Positions 48,559 through 57,733 of a DNA stretch of 64,000 nucleotides are shown here, one piece after another; the first letter of the stretch is position 1, and the number at the start of each line of letters is the position of its first letter. Source of the stretch: Chthoniobacteraceae bacterium (GTDB lineage: Bacteria; Verrucomicrobiota; Verrucomicrobiia; Chthoniobacterales; Chthoniobacteraceae); the NCBI GenBank assembly GCA_031409655.1, contig JANNXQ010000078.1, positions 1 through 64,000 on the forward strand. Direction: 5' to 3'. The notes below the pieces were generated by a model, which saw nothing but the letters and a program-made list of their open reading frames with translations, did no database searches and was not told where the DNA came from. A program made the translations under genes and the position numbers.

Positions 48559-49430
48559 AGCCCCAGCGCGAGCCGTCCGGCCCCGATCGCGCCGGCCCAT
48601 TCACCGAGCGCGGCGGGCATCACCTTCACGGCGCTGCCGCACGGTCGCCACTCCACTTTCGCGAGTTCCTCGCTGAGCGGAGTGAAGAGGGCGTCGCCGG
48701 CCTGCGCGATGCCGCCGCCGAGGATCACGGCTTCGGGGTCGAGAATATTGATGAACGAACCGATCGCGCAGGCCAGAGCGCTGATCGAGCGCAGCCACAC
48801 CTCCCGCGCAAAGCCGTCGCCATCGCGATAAGCCGCCACCAGCGCGTGGGTGGAATCGAAGCGGCCGGCGGTCCGCTCGCGGATGTTGAAATTGCCGATC
48901 GCACACTCGAGCGCGCCGGGCATGCCGGCGATGCTCCGTGGACCTTCAGGATCGAGACAGGTGTGGGCAAAGTGCCCGGCGCGCCCGAGGTGTCCGTGCA
49001 GAATTCGTCCGTCGCTCAAGATCCCTCCGCCGACGCCGGTACCCAGCGTGAGCAGGATCGCGTCGCGCAGCCCGCGCGCGGCGCCGATCCACGCCTCGCC
49101 CCCGAGGGCCGCCTGTCCGTCATTTGTCACTGGGATGGTGCTGGAGCGCTGGAGAAAATCGCCCCACACCAGATGCTCCAGGCCCTGCAATCGACCCGGC
49201 ATGGAAACGATGGACCGTCCATCCCTGGCTGCGAGTCCTGGGGCGGAAAGGCCCACGGGCAGTTCGGTTCCAAGTTCATCCGCGAGCGTCCGCACGACGC
49301 TGGCAAAGCGTTTCGCGTCGGCTCCGTCATCGTCGGTCTGGCGCATCTCCCGCCGCAAAACCTCCCCAGCCGCCGTGACGACCACGCCCTTGATCTGCGT
49401 TCCGCCGATATCGATCCCGACGGCCCTCAT
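48537..49430 (-). CDS. ROK-family sugar kinase
   Basis: GIDIGGTQIK, NDGQAA, LTLGTGVGGG, ILGGG. Confidence 0.9.
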   Translation of the reverse strand: MRAVGIDIGGTQIKGVVVTAAGEVLRREMRQTDDDGADAKRFASVVRTLADELGTELPVGLSAPGLAARDGRSIVSMPGRLQGLEHLVWGDFLQRSSTIPVTNDGQAALGGEAWIGAARGLRDAILLTLGTGVGGGILSDGRILHGHLGRAGHFAHTCLDPEGPRSIAGMPGALECAIGNFNIRERTAGRFDSTHALVAAYRDGDGFAREVWLRSISALACAIGSFINILDPEAVILGGGIAQAGDALFTPLSEELAKVEWRPCGSAVKVMPAALGEWAGAIGAGRLALGLTSNVEL

Positions 49431-49435
49431 CCGCG

Positions 49436-50227
49436 CTACTCGTGCTGACCTTCGCTCACGGACCACCCGCCATCCACGCTCAAGACCTGCCCGGTGCAAA
49501 ACTTTGAGGCATCGCTCAGGAAATAGATCGCAGCCGCGTCAAGGTCTTCCGGCTGGGCGATGCGACCGCCGTCGAGCGGCTGCTTGGTGCGGATGAAGCG
49601 TTGCATCTTCTCATCCTGCGCCGCGCGCTGCGACATCGGCGTCTCGACCAGCGCCGGTGCGAGCACATTCACGCGAATGCTGGCATCGGCGTAGTAAGCG
49701 GCAAGACTCGTACTCAGGCCGATGATACCCGCCTTGGCCGTCGCATAGGCGTGGGTGGCGAAGTAGCGCGGGGAAGGATGCGCAGCCAGCACGCTGCTGA
49801 CATTGAGAATGCTGCCGGGTGTATTCCGGGCGAGAAATTGCCGCACGGCCGCACGATTCGAGAGCATCACCGAAGTAAGGTTTAGCTCAAGCGTGGCGGC
49901 CCAGCCTTCGTCGGTGAGTTCGTGCAGCGGGCCATCGCCGTCTTTGCGTCCGCTCCCGCCGGCCACGTGGTAGAGACCGTGGAAGCCGCCAAACGCCGAG
50001 ATGGCTTCACCGATCGCCCGCTCCGCCGTTTCGGGTTTCGTCGCGTCGCCGGCAAACGCGAGCGCCTTCGACCCGAGCACCATTTCCGCGGCGGCAACGC
50101 TCTCCGGTTTTCGTCCTACGACGACGACGTGCGCGCCGGCTGCGATGAAGGCGCGAGCCGCGGACAGACCGATCCCGGTCGTGCCACCGATGATGACGAG
50201 AGATTTACCAGCGAGCGCGTTGGGCAT
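49436..50227 (-). CDS. SDR oxidoreductase
   Basis: IGGTTGIG, NVSS, YATAK, IRVNVLAP, VDGG. Confidence 0.92.
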   Translation of the reverse strand: MPNALAGKSLVIIGGTTGIGLSAARAFIAAGAHVVVVGRKPESVAAAEMVLGSKALAFAGDATKPETAERAIGEAISAFGGFHGLYHVAGGSGRKDGDGPLHELTDEGWAATLELNLTSVMLSNRAAVRQFLARNTPGSILNVSSVLAAHPSPRYFATHAYATAKAGIIGLSTSLAAYYADASIRVNVLAPALVETPMSQRAAQDEKMQRFIRTKQPLDGGRIAQPEDLDAAAIYFLSDASKFCTGQVLSVDGGWSVSEGQHE

Positions 50228-50299
50228 GACGCGGAGCATAGGGCCTCGAGGTTTGCCGCGGCAATGCCCGCGACGAGCGGCGTCGGCGCGCCAGTTTCG

Positions 50300-51640
50300 T
50301 CACACTTTCCACGCCCCGCGATACTCGCGCGTGAGCCACTTCGCGTCGCCCGTGCCGCCAGCGAATTCGTTCTTCGCGGGGTCCCACTGAATCTTCTGCC
50401 CGTGCCAGTAGGCGAGGCTCGTGAGGTGGCAGGCGGTCACGGTGCGAGCGCCCACTTCCACGTCGCAGATCGGCGGCTTGCGGCTGGCGATGGAAGTGAG
50501 GAAGTCGGCCTTGTGATCGGTGCTCGCGTAGAGCTTCACCTTCGCGTCGGTCAGGAATTCCTTCTCCACCGCGTCGAGTTGCGCGGCCAGCTTGGGCTTC
50601 GCGTCCTTCTCCACCGCGTTTGCTTTCTCCGCGCCCATCAAGGTCATCTTGAACTTCCCGCGGTTCACGTAGATCACGCCGCCGGTGCCGTGGAAGGTCA
50701 CGCCGTTTTCCTTGATGTGCTCGATCTCGATGCCGCCGGCGTAACGCAGCTTCACGCCAGCGTCCGCGGTCTGCCAATCGCTCGGCGGGAGGATTTCGAT
50801 CGGCCCGCTGGCGTCCATGCCGAGGCCCCAGTGCGCGATGTCGAGATGATGCGCGCCCCGGTCGGTGACGCCGCCGCCGCCGTATTCGCGATAGGAGCGC
50901 CATTGCGGAAAATGATTATGCACACCGCGCGGGCTCAGGATTTCATTGAACTCCCGCTGCGGCGCGGGCCCGAGCCACAGATCCCAGTCGAGCCCCTTCT
51001 CCATCTCCTGCCCGGGCAGATCGCACGGTTTCGCCGGCCCACCGAAGCCCGCGGTCACGCGCGACACTTTGCCGATCACGCCGTTCCGCACGAGTTCGCA
51101 CGCAACGCGAAATTCTCGCGAAGACCGCTGCATCGATCCGGTCTGAAAGACGCGATTGTTTTTCCGCACTGCATCGACCAGAGCACGTGCTTCGTGAATC
51201 GTCTGTGTGAGCGGCTTCTCGCAGTAGATGTCCTTGCCCGCCTCCGCCGCGGCGATGGCGATGAGCGCGTGCCAGTGATCCGGCGTCGCGATGACGACGG
51301 CGTCGATATCCGTCCGTGCGAGCAGTTCGCGGTAGTCGTTGTACGCCGCGCAGCCTTTGTAAGTCGCGTCCGTCTTCTTCGCGTAGAAAGCCTCGGCGGC
51401 CTTCTTCCCATCCTCGCGGCGCGTGGCGTCCACATCGCACACCGCCACGGCCTGCGCTTCCGGCTTCGTCATGAGGCCGCTCATGAGTCCGCGCGCCTGC
51501 TTGCCGTAGCCGATCACGGCGAAATTGATCCGCGAGTTTGGCTTCGTCTCCGCGGACCAAATGCGCGACGGCAGGAAGAGCGGCGCGACGCCGGCGGCGA
51601 GGGTGGTCTTGAGGAAAGTGCGGCGAGTCGGGGTGTGCAT
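50300..51640 (-). CDS. Gfo/Idh/MocA oxidoreductase (Tat-exported)
   Basis: TRRTFLK, ATPDHWH, YCEKP, WDLWLGPAP. Confidence 0.92.
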   Translation of the reverse strand: MHTPTRRTFLKTTLAAGVAPLFLPSRIWSAETKPNSRINFAVIGYGKQARGLMSGLMTKPEAQAVAVCDVDATRREDGKKAAEAFYAKKTDATYKGCAAYNDYRELLARTDIDAVVIATPDHWHALIAIAAAEAGKDIYCEKPLTQTIHEARALVDAVRKNNRVFQTGSMQRSSREFRVACELVRNGVIGKVSRVTAGFGGPAKPCDLPGQEMEKGLDWDLWLGPAPQREFNEILSPRGVHNHFPQWRSYREYGGGGVTDRGAHHLDIAHWGLGMDASGPIEILPPSDWQTADAGVKLRYAGGIEIEHIKENGVTFHGTGGVIYVNRGKFKMTLMGAEKANAVEKDAKPKLAAQLDAVEKEFLTDAKVKLYASTDHKADFLTSIASRKPPICDVEVGARTVTACHLTSLAYWHGQKIQWDPAKNEFAGGTGDAKWLTREYRGAWKV

Positions 51641-51709
51641 GGAGGGGAAGGTTTTGAGGTAAGTGATGGAAATCGAGCGCGTCCGAGCACGCAATGAATT
51701 AGCGCGCCG

Positions 51710-52372
51710 CTACTTCACGGTCTGTTCGAGCCCGAGTTTTTCGAGCACCTCTTTGGGCGGCCCATCAAAGGTCGCAAGCGGGATATTGCCGACGTAGCCG
51801 ATGGCCTTCCAGCCATCGACCGTGCTGAAGTATCCGCCGGCCGTGAGGCTGCGCATCTTGAGGAAAAAATGCGCGGGCCTTTTGAACTCAGCGGCGGTCG
51901 TGGAGCGATTGCAGATGTCGTCACAGATCGCGCGGTGTTGCGCGGCGTCGAGCGCGGCAAAGCCTTTCTGGAAGCGCTTCTGCGCCTCGGTGTCGAGCCA
52001 GGCGAGACCCTCCAGGATCATCGGACGATCCGCAGTTTGGATCGGATACGGAGCGCTCACCCATTCGTCAATGAACTCGGGCACACCCACCGCGCTCGCC
52101 GCAGGGCCGAGATCGTCGGCGGGGATGAGAATGTCGCAGAGCGTCTTCACGGTGAGGCGCTGTTTGGCGTCGAGGATCAGCGGCCAGGCGTCGCTGGGCT
52201 TGTACTCCTTCATCAGATTCGGGTCGGTGCCGTAGCCCTTCCTCGCGAGGGCGGCAGTCGTGCCGCTCTGGGCGAAGAGTTCCAGTTCACTCACGGACAT
52301 GGCCGCGCTGGCGGCGGCGAACCACTTGAGCACTTCGCGGCGGGAAAGGCGGGGACGGGGTTCGTTGTTCAT
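51710..52372 (-). CDS. Gluconate 2-dehydrogenase subunit 3-family protein
   Basis: SRREVLK Tat motif, LCDILIPAD, VPEFID, GGYFST..G...IGY. Confidence 0.85.
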   Translation of the reverse strand: MNNEPRPRLSRREVLKWFAAASAAMSVSELELFAQSGTTAALARKGYGTDPNLMKEYKPSDAWPLILDAKQRLTVKTLCDILIPADDLGPAASAVGVPEFIDEWVSAPYPIQTADRPMILEGLAWLDTEAQKRFQKGFAALDAAQHRAICDDICNRSTTAAEFKRPAHFFLKMRSLTAGGYFSTVDGWKAIGYVGNIPLATFDGPPKEVLEKLGLEQTVK

Positions 52373-52384
52373 GCGGGTGCCTGG

Positions 52385-54175
52385 TTACAGCGCTCCTTTG
52401 CGGGCTTGTTCGATGAGGTAGTCGCCGGTGCGCCAGGCGAGCGCCATGATGGTGAGCGTCGGGTTCTTATCGGCGTTGGAAGGGAAAGGAGAGCCATCGC
52501 AGAGGAAGAGATTCCTCACGTCCCACGTCTGGTTCCATTGGTTGCACACCGATTTCTTCGCGTCGTCACCCATGATCGCGCCGCCGACTTCGTGGATGAT
52601 CTTCCCGCCAGTCTCAATATAGGAGAGCGGATCGTCGGACTTCGGAGTGCGCACCGTGCCACCCATGGCTTGGATGAGTTCCGAAAAAGTCCGGCGCGCG
52701 TGAGCCGCCTGCTTTAGCTCGTGCTCGCTCCATTTCCAGTGCCAGCGCAGCACCGGCACGCCCCACTTGTCTTTCACCGTCGGATCGAGCTCACAGAAAG
52801 AGCCTTCATTTGGGATCATCTCGCCGCGACACGCGTAACCGACAAACGAGCCGTAGTAACGGCGCGCCTCTTCCTTAAACTTCGACCCATAACTCCCGAG
52901 CGTCAGATCATCCGGCACCGGATTGCCACCCATCGGCATATTCCGCGAGCCACCCATCTCGATGTGATACCCACGCGGGAAATCCGTCTTACCCGCGGCC
53001 TGCTCCTGGTAAAGCCACCACGGCGAGTAGAAGTGCGATCCGCCAGCGCCGTCCTCGTTGTGCGGCGGACAATTTTCCAGCATCGGGATATGCCCGTTCA
53101 CGCCGGTGCCGACCGTGTCCATGATGTACTTGCCGACGAGCCCACTCGAATTCGCGACCCCTTTGCCGCCATTCGAGTTCAGCAGGATACGCACGGTCTA
53201 GCCGCTGCTCGCCGCCACTACCACCGCCTTCGCTTTGACGCGCTGCTCACTGCCATTGGTCTTGTCGATGAAGAGCACCCCGGTCGCCTTGCCGTCCGCA
53301 CCCATCAGGATTTCGCGGGCGTGGGCATTGGGGATGATGTCGAGATTCTCCGTCGCCAATGCAGGCGGAAGGTGCACCGTCGTCGATTGGTAGTTCGCGC
53401 GAATCGAGCACCCGCGCCCACAATCCGTGGCCCAGAAACACGCCGCCCGCGCGCGCATGGCTTCCGCGACGATCTTTTGAGCCCGTTCATTTCCGGGATG
53501 CAGCTTCTGCGGGATGTTCTCCCAATCGAGCGCCTTGGTCAGCACGGCGCGATGGATCGGCATGAAAGGAATGCCAAGCTTCTTGCCATACTTTTGCGAG
53601 AGCAACTCGGCGACGCGACCCTTCGGCGGCGGGAGTAACACACCGTCTGGCGAGTCGGGCGTGTTTTCCATCCCGGAGTTCGTGCCATAGACACCGATGA
53701 GCATCTCGACCTTCGTGTAGTAAGGATCGACGTCCTCGTAACTCACTGGCCAATCGAAACCCAGCCCATCGCGAGTGCGCGGTTTGAAGTCGTAAGGTCC
53801 ATTGCGTAGCGAGATGCGGCCCCAGTGATTCGTGCGCCCGCCGAGCATGCGCGTCCGCCGCCACATGAACTGCTCCTCCTCTTTCTCCGAAGCCTGCGTG
53901 TAAGGCTCGCCCGGCACCTCCCACCCGCCATCGATCGTCGCATCGTAGAAGCCAAAATTTTTCTCCGGCGTCTTCTCGCCGCGCAGCGGTGCCTGATCCC
54001 CGCGCTGAAACATCGGCGTCTCCGTCAGCGGATCGTAGTTCCGCCCCGCCTCCAGCATCACGCACTTCAGTCCCGCGAGCGTGAGCGTGTAAGCCATCTG
54101 CCCGCCGCCCGCACCGGAACCGATGATGGCAACGTCGTATTCAGTTTTTGCCTGGGAAGCGGAGATGATGGGCAT
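52385..54175 (-). pseudogene. GMC-family flavoprotein oxidoreductase interrupted by an in-frame TAG
   Basis: IIGSGAGG N-terminal part and IHEVG...NPTLTIMALA C-terminal part are in the same frame; joined by AASSG*TVRILLNS with TAG at 53198-53200. Confidence 0.8.
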
Positions 54176-54214
54176 TGTTGGAATGCGGGTGCTGTGGTGG
54201 GAACGGACGCTGGC

Positions 54215-55594
54215 TCAACGGCGCGCCGCCAATTGTTTCTGCAAGCCGGCCAGGGTGGAAGCATTCGCGGGAAGCGCAGCGACGTTGTGCCATTCCCCGG
54301 GGTCCGCCTGATGATCGTACAGTTCGAGTTTCCCGTCGCTCCACTCCGTGAGCCGCCAGCGCTCCGTGCGCAGGGAAAAACCACTCATGCCGCCACCCCG
54401 CACGAGATGCGTGAGCGCGCTGTCGCGGATGGCTTGCGCCGGATCGTCGAGCAATGGCGCGAGGCTCTGCCCTTTCACCGTGGCCGGCACAGTGAGCCCG
54501 CAGAGCCCAACGACGGTCGGGTAAATATCGAGAAACTCGACGAGGCTGCGGCACACCGCGGGCTTCACTTCAGGCGCGACGATGAGCAGCGGCGCACGGC
54601 AGGAGCGGTCGAAGAGCGTGTTCTTATTCCACCAACCGCGCTCGCCGAGATGGTAGCCGTGATCGCCCACAAAGATGACCACCGTCTTCTCCCAAAGCTT
54701 CAGCCGGTCCATCGCGTCCATGAGCCGCCCGACCTGCGCATCCGTCTGCGACGTACCGGCATAGTAGTGCGTGAGAAAGTCCTTCCGGTCCGCATCCGTG
54801 AACTGCGCGAAGGCCGCCTCGAAGGCTCCACCGCCGAGCGTCTGCTTGAACATTGGTGTCGCATCCGCCGGATCGCGATGCAGCTTCAGCGACCCCGCGG
54901 GAAACTGCGCGACGTAACGCTTGCCCACCACAAAGGGATCGTGCGGTCGGTGAAATCCCGCGCCGATAAACCACGGCTTGCCCGCGAGCCGCTCCATCGC
55001 CGCGATCGCCTGCTGCGCCGTCTGCCCGTCGGATTGATCGTCGTCGGTTCCTTCGAGATCCGCCACCTCGCACCACTTCAAAGTGCCCCCCGTGAGATTC
55101 CGCCGCGGCCCGGTGTTCCCGAGCTTCGTCGCCTTGAACATCTTCGCCTCATCCCACGATTTCGCGCCGTCGAGAAAACGATTCTCCGCCTGCCCCTCGG
55201 TCCCTCCCGCGTGGTAGATCTTCCCATAAGAAACCGCGGTCGCCCCATGCTGCCGGAAGAGCTCCGGCAGCGTCACGATGTCCGGCATGGTCTCGCGGAA
55301 GAAAGTGCCGTTGCCCGTCACGCCATTCACCTCCGGCCGTGTGCTCGTGAGCATCGAAGTGCGGCTCGGATTGCACACCGGATACTGCACGTAAGCCCGA
55401 TCAAACCGCACCCCGCGCGCGGCGAGCCGATCGAGATTCGGCGTCTTCGCCTGCGCATCGCCGTAGCAGCCCAGCGCCGGCCGAAGATCATCCGCCATGA
55501 TGAGCAAGACATTGTAACGCGGCGCATCCGCAGCGCGCAGCGCGGCCAGTGAGCCGAGCAGGATGGCGGCGAGGGTTGCGATGATTTGTTTCAT
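54215..55594 (-). CDS. Sulfatase (iduronate-2-sulfatase-like)
   Basis: NVLLIMADDL, CNPSR FGly motif, GKIYH, GFHRPH, GDHGYHLGE. Confidence 0.93.
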   Translation of the reverse strand: MKQIIATLAAILLGSLAALRAADAPRYNVLLIMADDLRPALGCYGDAQAKTPNLDRLAARGVRFDRAYVQYPVCNPSRTSMLTSTRPEVNGVTGNGTFFRETMPDIVTLPELFRQHGATAVSYGKIYHAGGTEGQAENRFLDGAKSWDEAKMFKATKLGNTGPRRNLTGGTLKWCEVADLEGTDDDQSDGQTAQQAIAAMERLAGKPWFIGAGFHRPHDPFVVGKRYVAQFPAGSLKLHRDPADATPMFKQTLGGGAFEAAFAQFTDADRKDFLTHYYAGTSQTDAQVGRLMDAMDRLKLWEKTVVIFVGDHGYHLGERGWWNKNTLFDRSCRAPLLIVAPEVKPAVCRSLVEFLDIYPTVVGLCGLTVPATVKGQSLAPLLDDPAQAIRDSALTHLVRGGGMSGFSLRTERWRLTEWSDGKLELYDHQADPGEWHNVAALPANASTLAGLQKQLAARR

Positions 55595-55885
55595 GGTGTG
55601 ATGCCGATCGTGTCCGCGACGTTCGCGATCGGGAGCGGGGCGACCTTTGGCGGCGCCTGCGCGACGAAAGTGCCGGGGGGACGAAGTGCGGATCGGTGAA
55701 CGGAGGCGAACAAGCGGGAATGTTCGCCCGTAAATCTCACCGTCGGCAATCCGTAAGAGCGATTTTGCGTCGCCGATGAAGTCGCCGCGGATGCTGTCTT
55801 CGGCTCCCGGTCGCGCGGGCGCCGGCAGAAAGTCTCATCACCTTTCGCGTGGCGACGGGGGCGAGAAGGAGACTACATTCACCGC

Positions 55886-56833
55886 ATGGCGACGACCAAA
55901 CAACTCGCAGAACTTTTCCGCGCCGTCGCAGGGCACGACATGCCTCGTGCCGTGGAATCTGCGCGGCGCATCGCCCAGATCGAAGCGGACAAGGGCAATC
56001 ACAGCGCTGCGCGCGACCTGCTCGGCTCGCTCAACGGCTACGCCACGCCGGGGCATGCCGGTCATTCACATCCCATCGCGCAGAGCCTGACCGCGCAGCA
56101 GTGCGTGTCCTTTCTCCCCCACTCCGCGACGCTCGACGCGCTTGAACTCCCCGCCGCACTCCGCGCGGAAATCTTGGAGCTTTCCGCCGAGTGGAGGCAC
56201 CGCGCCGAGCTACGGGCGCAGGGCATCCCACGCCGCTGGCGGCTGCTTTTCCACGGCCCGCCTGGCTGCGGGAAAAGCGCCACCGCCGCCGCGCTCGGCC
56301 AGCTCGTTGGCCTCCCCGTGTATCTTGTGCGCTTCGATGCACTCATCGGCGCGTATCTCGGCCAGACTGCACTGCGCCTCCGGGAAGTCTTCCGCTTCGC
56401 CACCGAAAATCCGTGCGTGCTGCTCTTCGATGAAGTGGATGCGCTGGCGAAACGTCGCGGCACACCAATGGAAGTCGGCGAGATCGACCGCGTGGTCATC
56501 GCCTTCATGCAGGAACTCGAACACGCCTCGCCCGAAGGCTTCATCATCGCCACCTGCAACCTCCCGCACTCGCTCGACGACGCCCTCTGGCGCCGCTTCG
56601 ACCTCCCCGTAATTTTCCCCAAACCCACCGCCAAACAGCTCACCACCTTCGCCCGCAAACGCTGCAAGCAACTCGGTTTCGCGCCATCGAAAAAACTCCC
56701 GCTGCTCGCCGCCAAAGCGGGCAACTACGCCCGCGCCGAACAACTCATCGCCGACGAAGCGAGGCGGCGCGCGCTGGCGAAACTAACAGGACGCAGCGCC
56801 AGAACTCACCTTTTGCAAAGTCACAATGCCTGA
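55886..56833 (+). CDS. AAA+ ATPase (IetA-like)
   Basis: LFHGPPGCGKS, FDALIGAYLGQT..RL, LLFDEVDAL.K.R, GEIDRVV, LDDALWRRFD. Confidence 0.9.
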   Translation: MATTKQLAELFRAVAGHDMPRAVESARRIAQIEADKGNHSAARDLLGSLNGYATPGHAGHSHPIAQSLTAQQCVSFLPHSATLDALELPAALRAEILELSAEWRHRAELRAQGIPRRWRLLFHGPPGCGKSATAAALGQLVGLPVYLVRFDALIGAYLGQTALRLREVFRFATENPCVLLFDEVDALAKRRGTPMEVGEIDRVVIAFMQELEHASPEGFIIATCNLPHSLDDALWRRFDLPVIFPKPTAKQLTTFARKRCKQLGFAPSKKLPLLAAKAGNYARAEQLIADEARRRALAKLTGRSARTHLLQSHNA

Positions 56834-57731
56834 AATTCCGAAACCAACTGCGAGCGAAATTGCTTCCGCCATTCCAGAAGTCACTGATGCGACCGTGGTC
56901 AAGTCGGGTGGCTTCAAGGTCGTGTATCGCGCGACCATCAATGGCCGGACGGAAGCTTTGAAGCTGGTGCATATTCCATCGTTTGCGGGAATTGATGACC
57001 CGAAGCCGTTTCAAGACGAGTGTTTGGCGCGAGTGCGGCGCGAAGTGCAGACGCTCGCCGACTGCCAAGATCCGAATGTCGTGAAGCTCGGCTCCATCGC
57101 TCCGCGACAAGTGGCAATGCTCGGTGAATCGCTCATCGCGTACTCGGAGGAATTCCTGCCGGGTAAAGACCTCCGCGCACACATCAAGGATGGATGGCGG
57201 CCCGGTGAGCCCGAACTCCGCACCCTTTTCCTCACGCTGATCACCGCCATTAAATCACTCTGGGAATTACCCAATCGCGTCGTCCACCGCGACATCAAGC
57301 CGGACAACATCATCCGGCTGGACGACGACGCCCGCCCGTTCGTGCTTCTCGACCTTGGCATCGCCTACGCCGTATTCGATACCGCGCTGACGGTGAATCC
57401 AGAGCAGCGGTTGCCAGTCGGGACGTTCCCGTATCTGGCGCCGGAAATGTTCCAGCCAAACTTTCGCGACACGATTGATTACCGCAGTGACCTCTACGCC
57501 GCGGCGCTCACGGTCTATGAGTGCGCGACCGGGCGGCATCCGCTCGCGAGGGAAGGCGAATACCTCGTGAAAACGCTGACGCGCATCCTGCAAGACACGC
57601 CGCCTCCGCTCCGCAGCGCGCGGGCCGACTTGTCGCCGGTGCTCTGCGAGATGGTGGATGGGATGTTGAAAAAACGCCCGGCACTGCGCCCGGCGAACCT
57701 TCCATCGCTCATCAACAAGCTCCAATCCTGA
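56826..57731 (+). CDS. Hanks-type Ser/Thr protein kinase, standalone
   Basis: SGGFKVVY, ALK, HRDIKPDN, LLDLGIA, GTFPYLAPE, SDLY; 8-nt overlap with ATPase. Confidence 0.92.
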   Translation: MPEIPKPTASEIASAIPEVTDATVVKSGGFKVVYRATINGRTEALKLVHIPSFAGIDDPKPFQDECLARVRREVQTLADCQDPNVVKLGSIAPRQVAMLGESLIAYSEEFLPGKDLRAHIKDGWRPGEPELRTLFLTLITAIKSLWELPNRVVHRDIKPDNIIRLDDDARPFVLLDLGIAYAVFDTALTVNPEQRLPVGTFPYLAPEMFQPNFRDTIDYRSDLYAAALTVYECATGRHPLAREGEYLVKTLTRILQDTPPPLRSARADLSPVLCEMVDGMLKKRPALRPANLPSLINKLQS

Positions 57732-57733
57732 CC

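Noticed and set aside
53198..53200. Genome-wide TAG recoding or pyrrolysine
   Set aside because: TAG terminates several intact genes here (dltD, dltB, cdd, pal); no pyl genes seen
49922..55552. 591-aa and 575-aa + strand ORFs
   Set aside because: Antisense shadows of the Gfo, GMC and sulfatase genes
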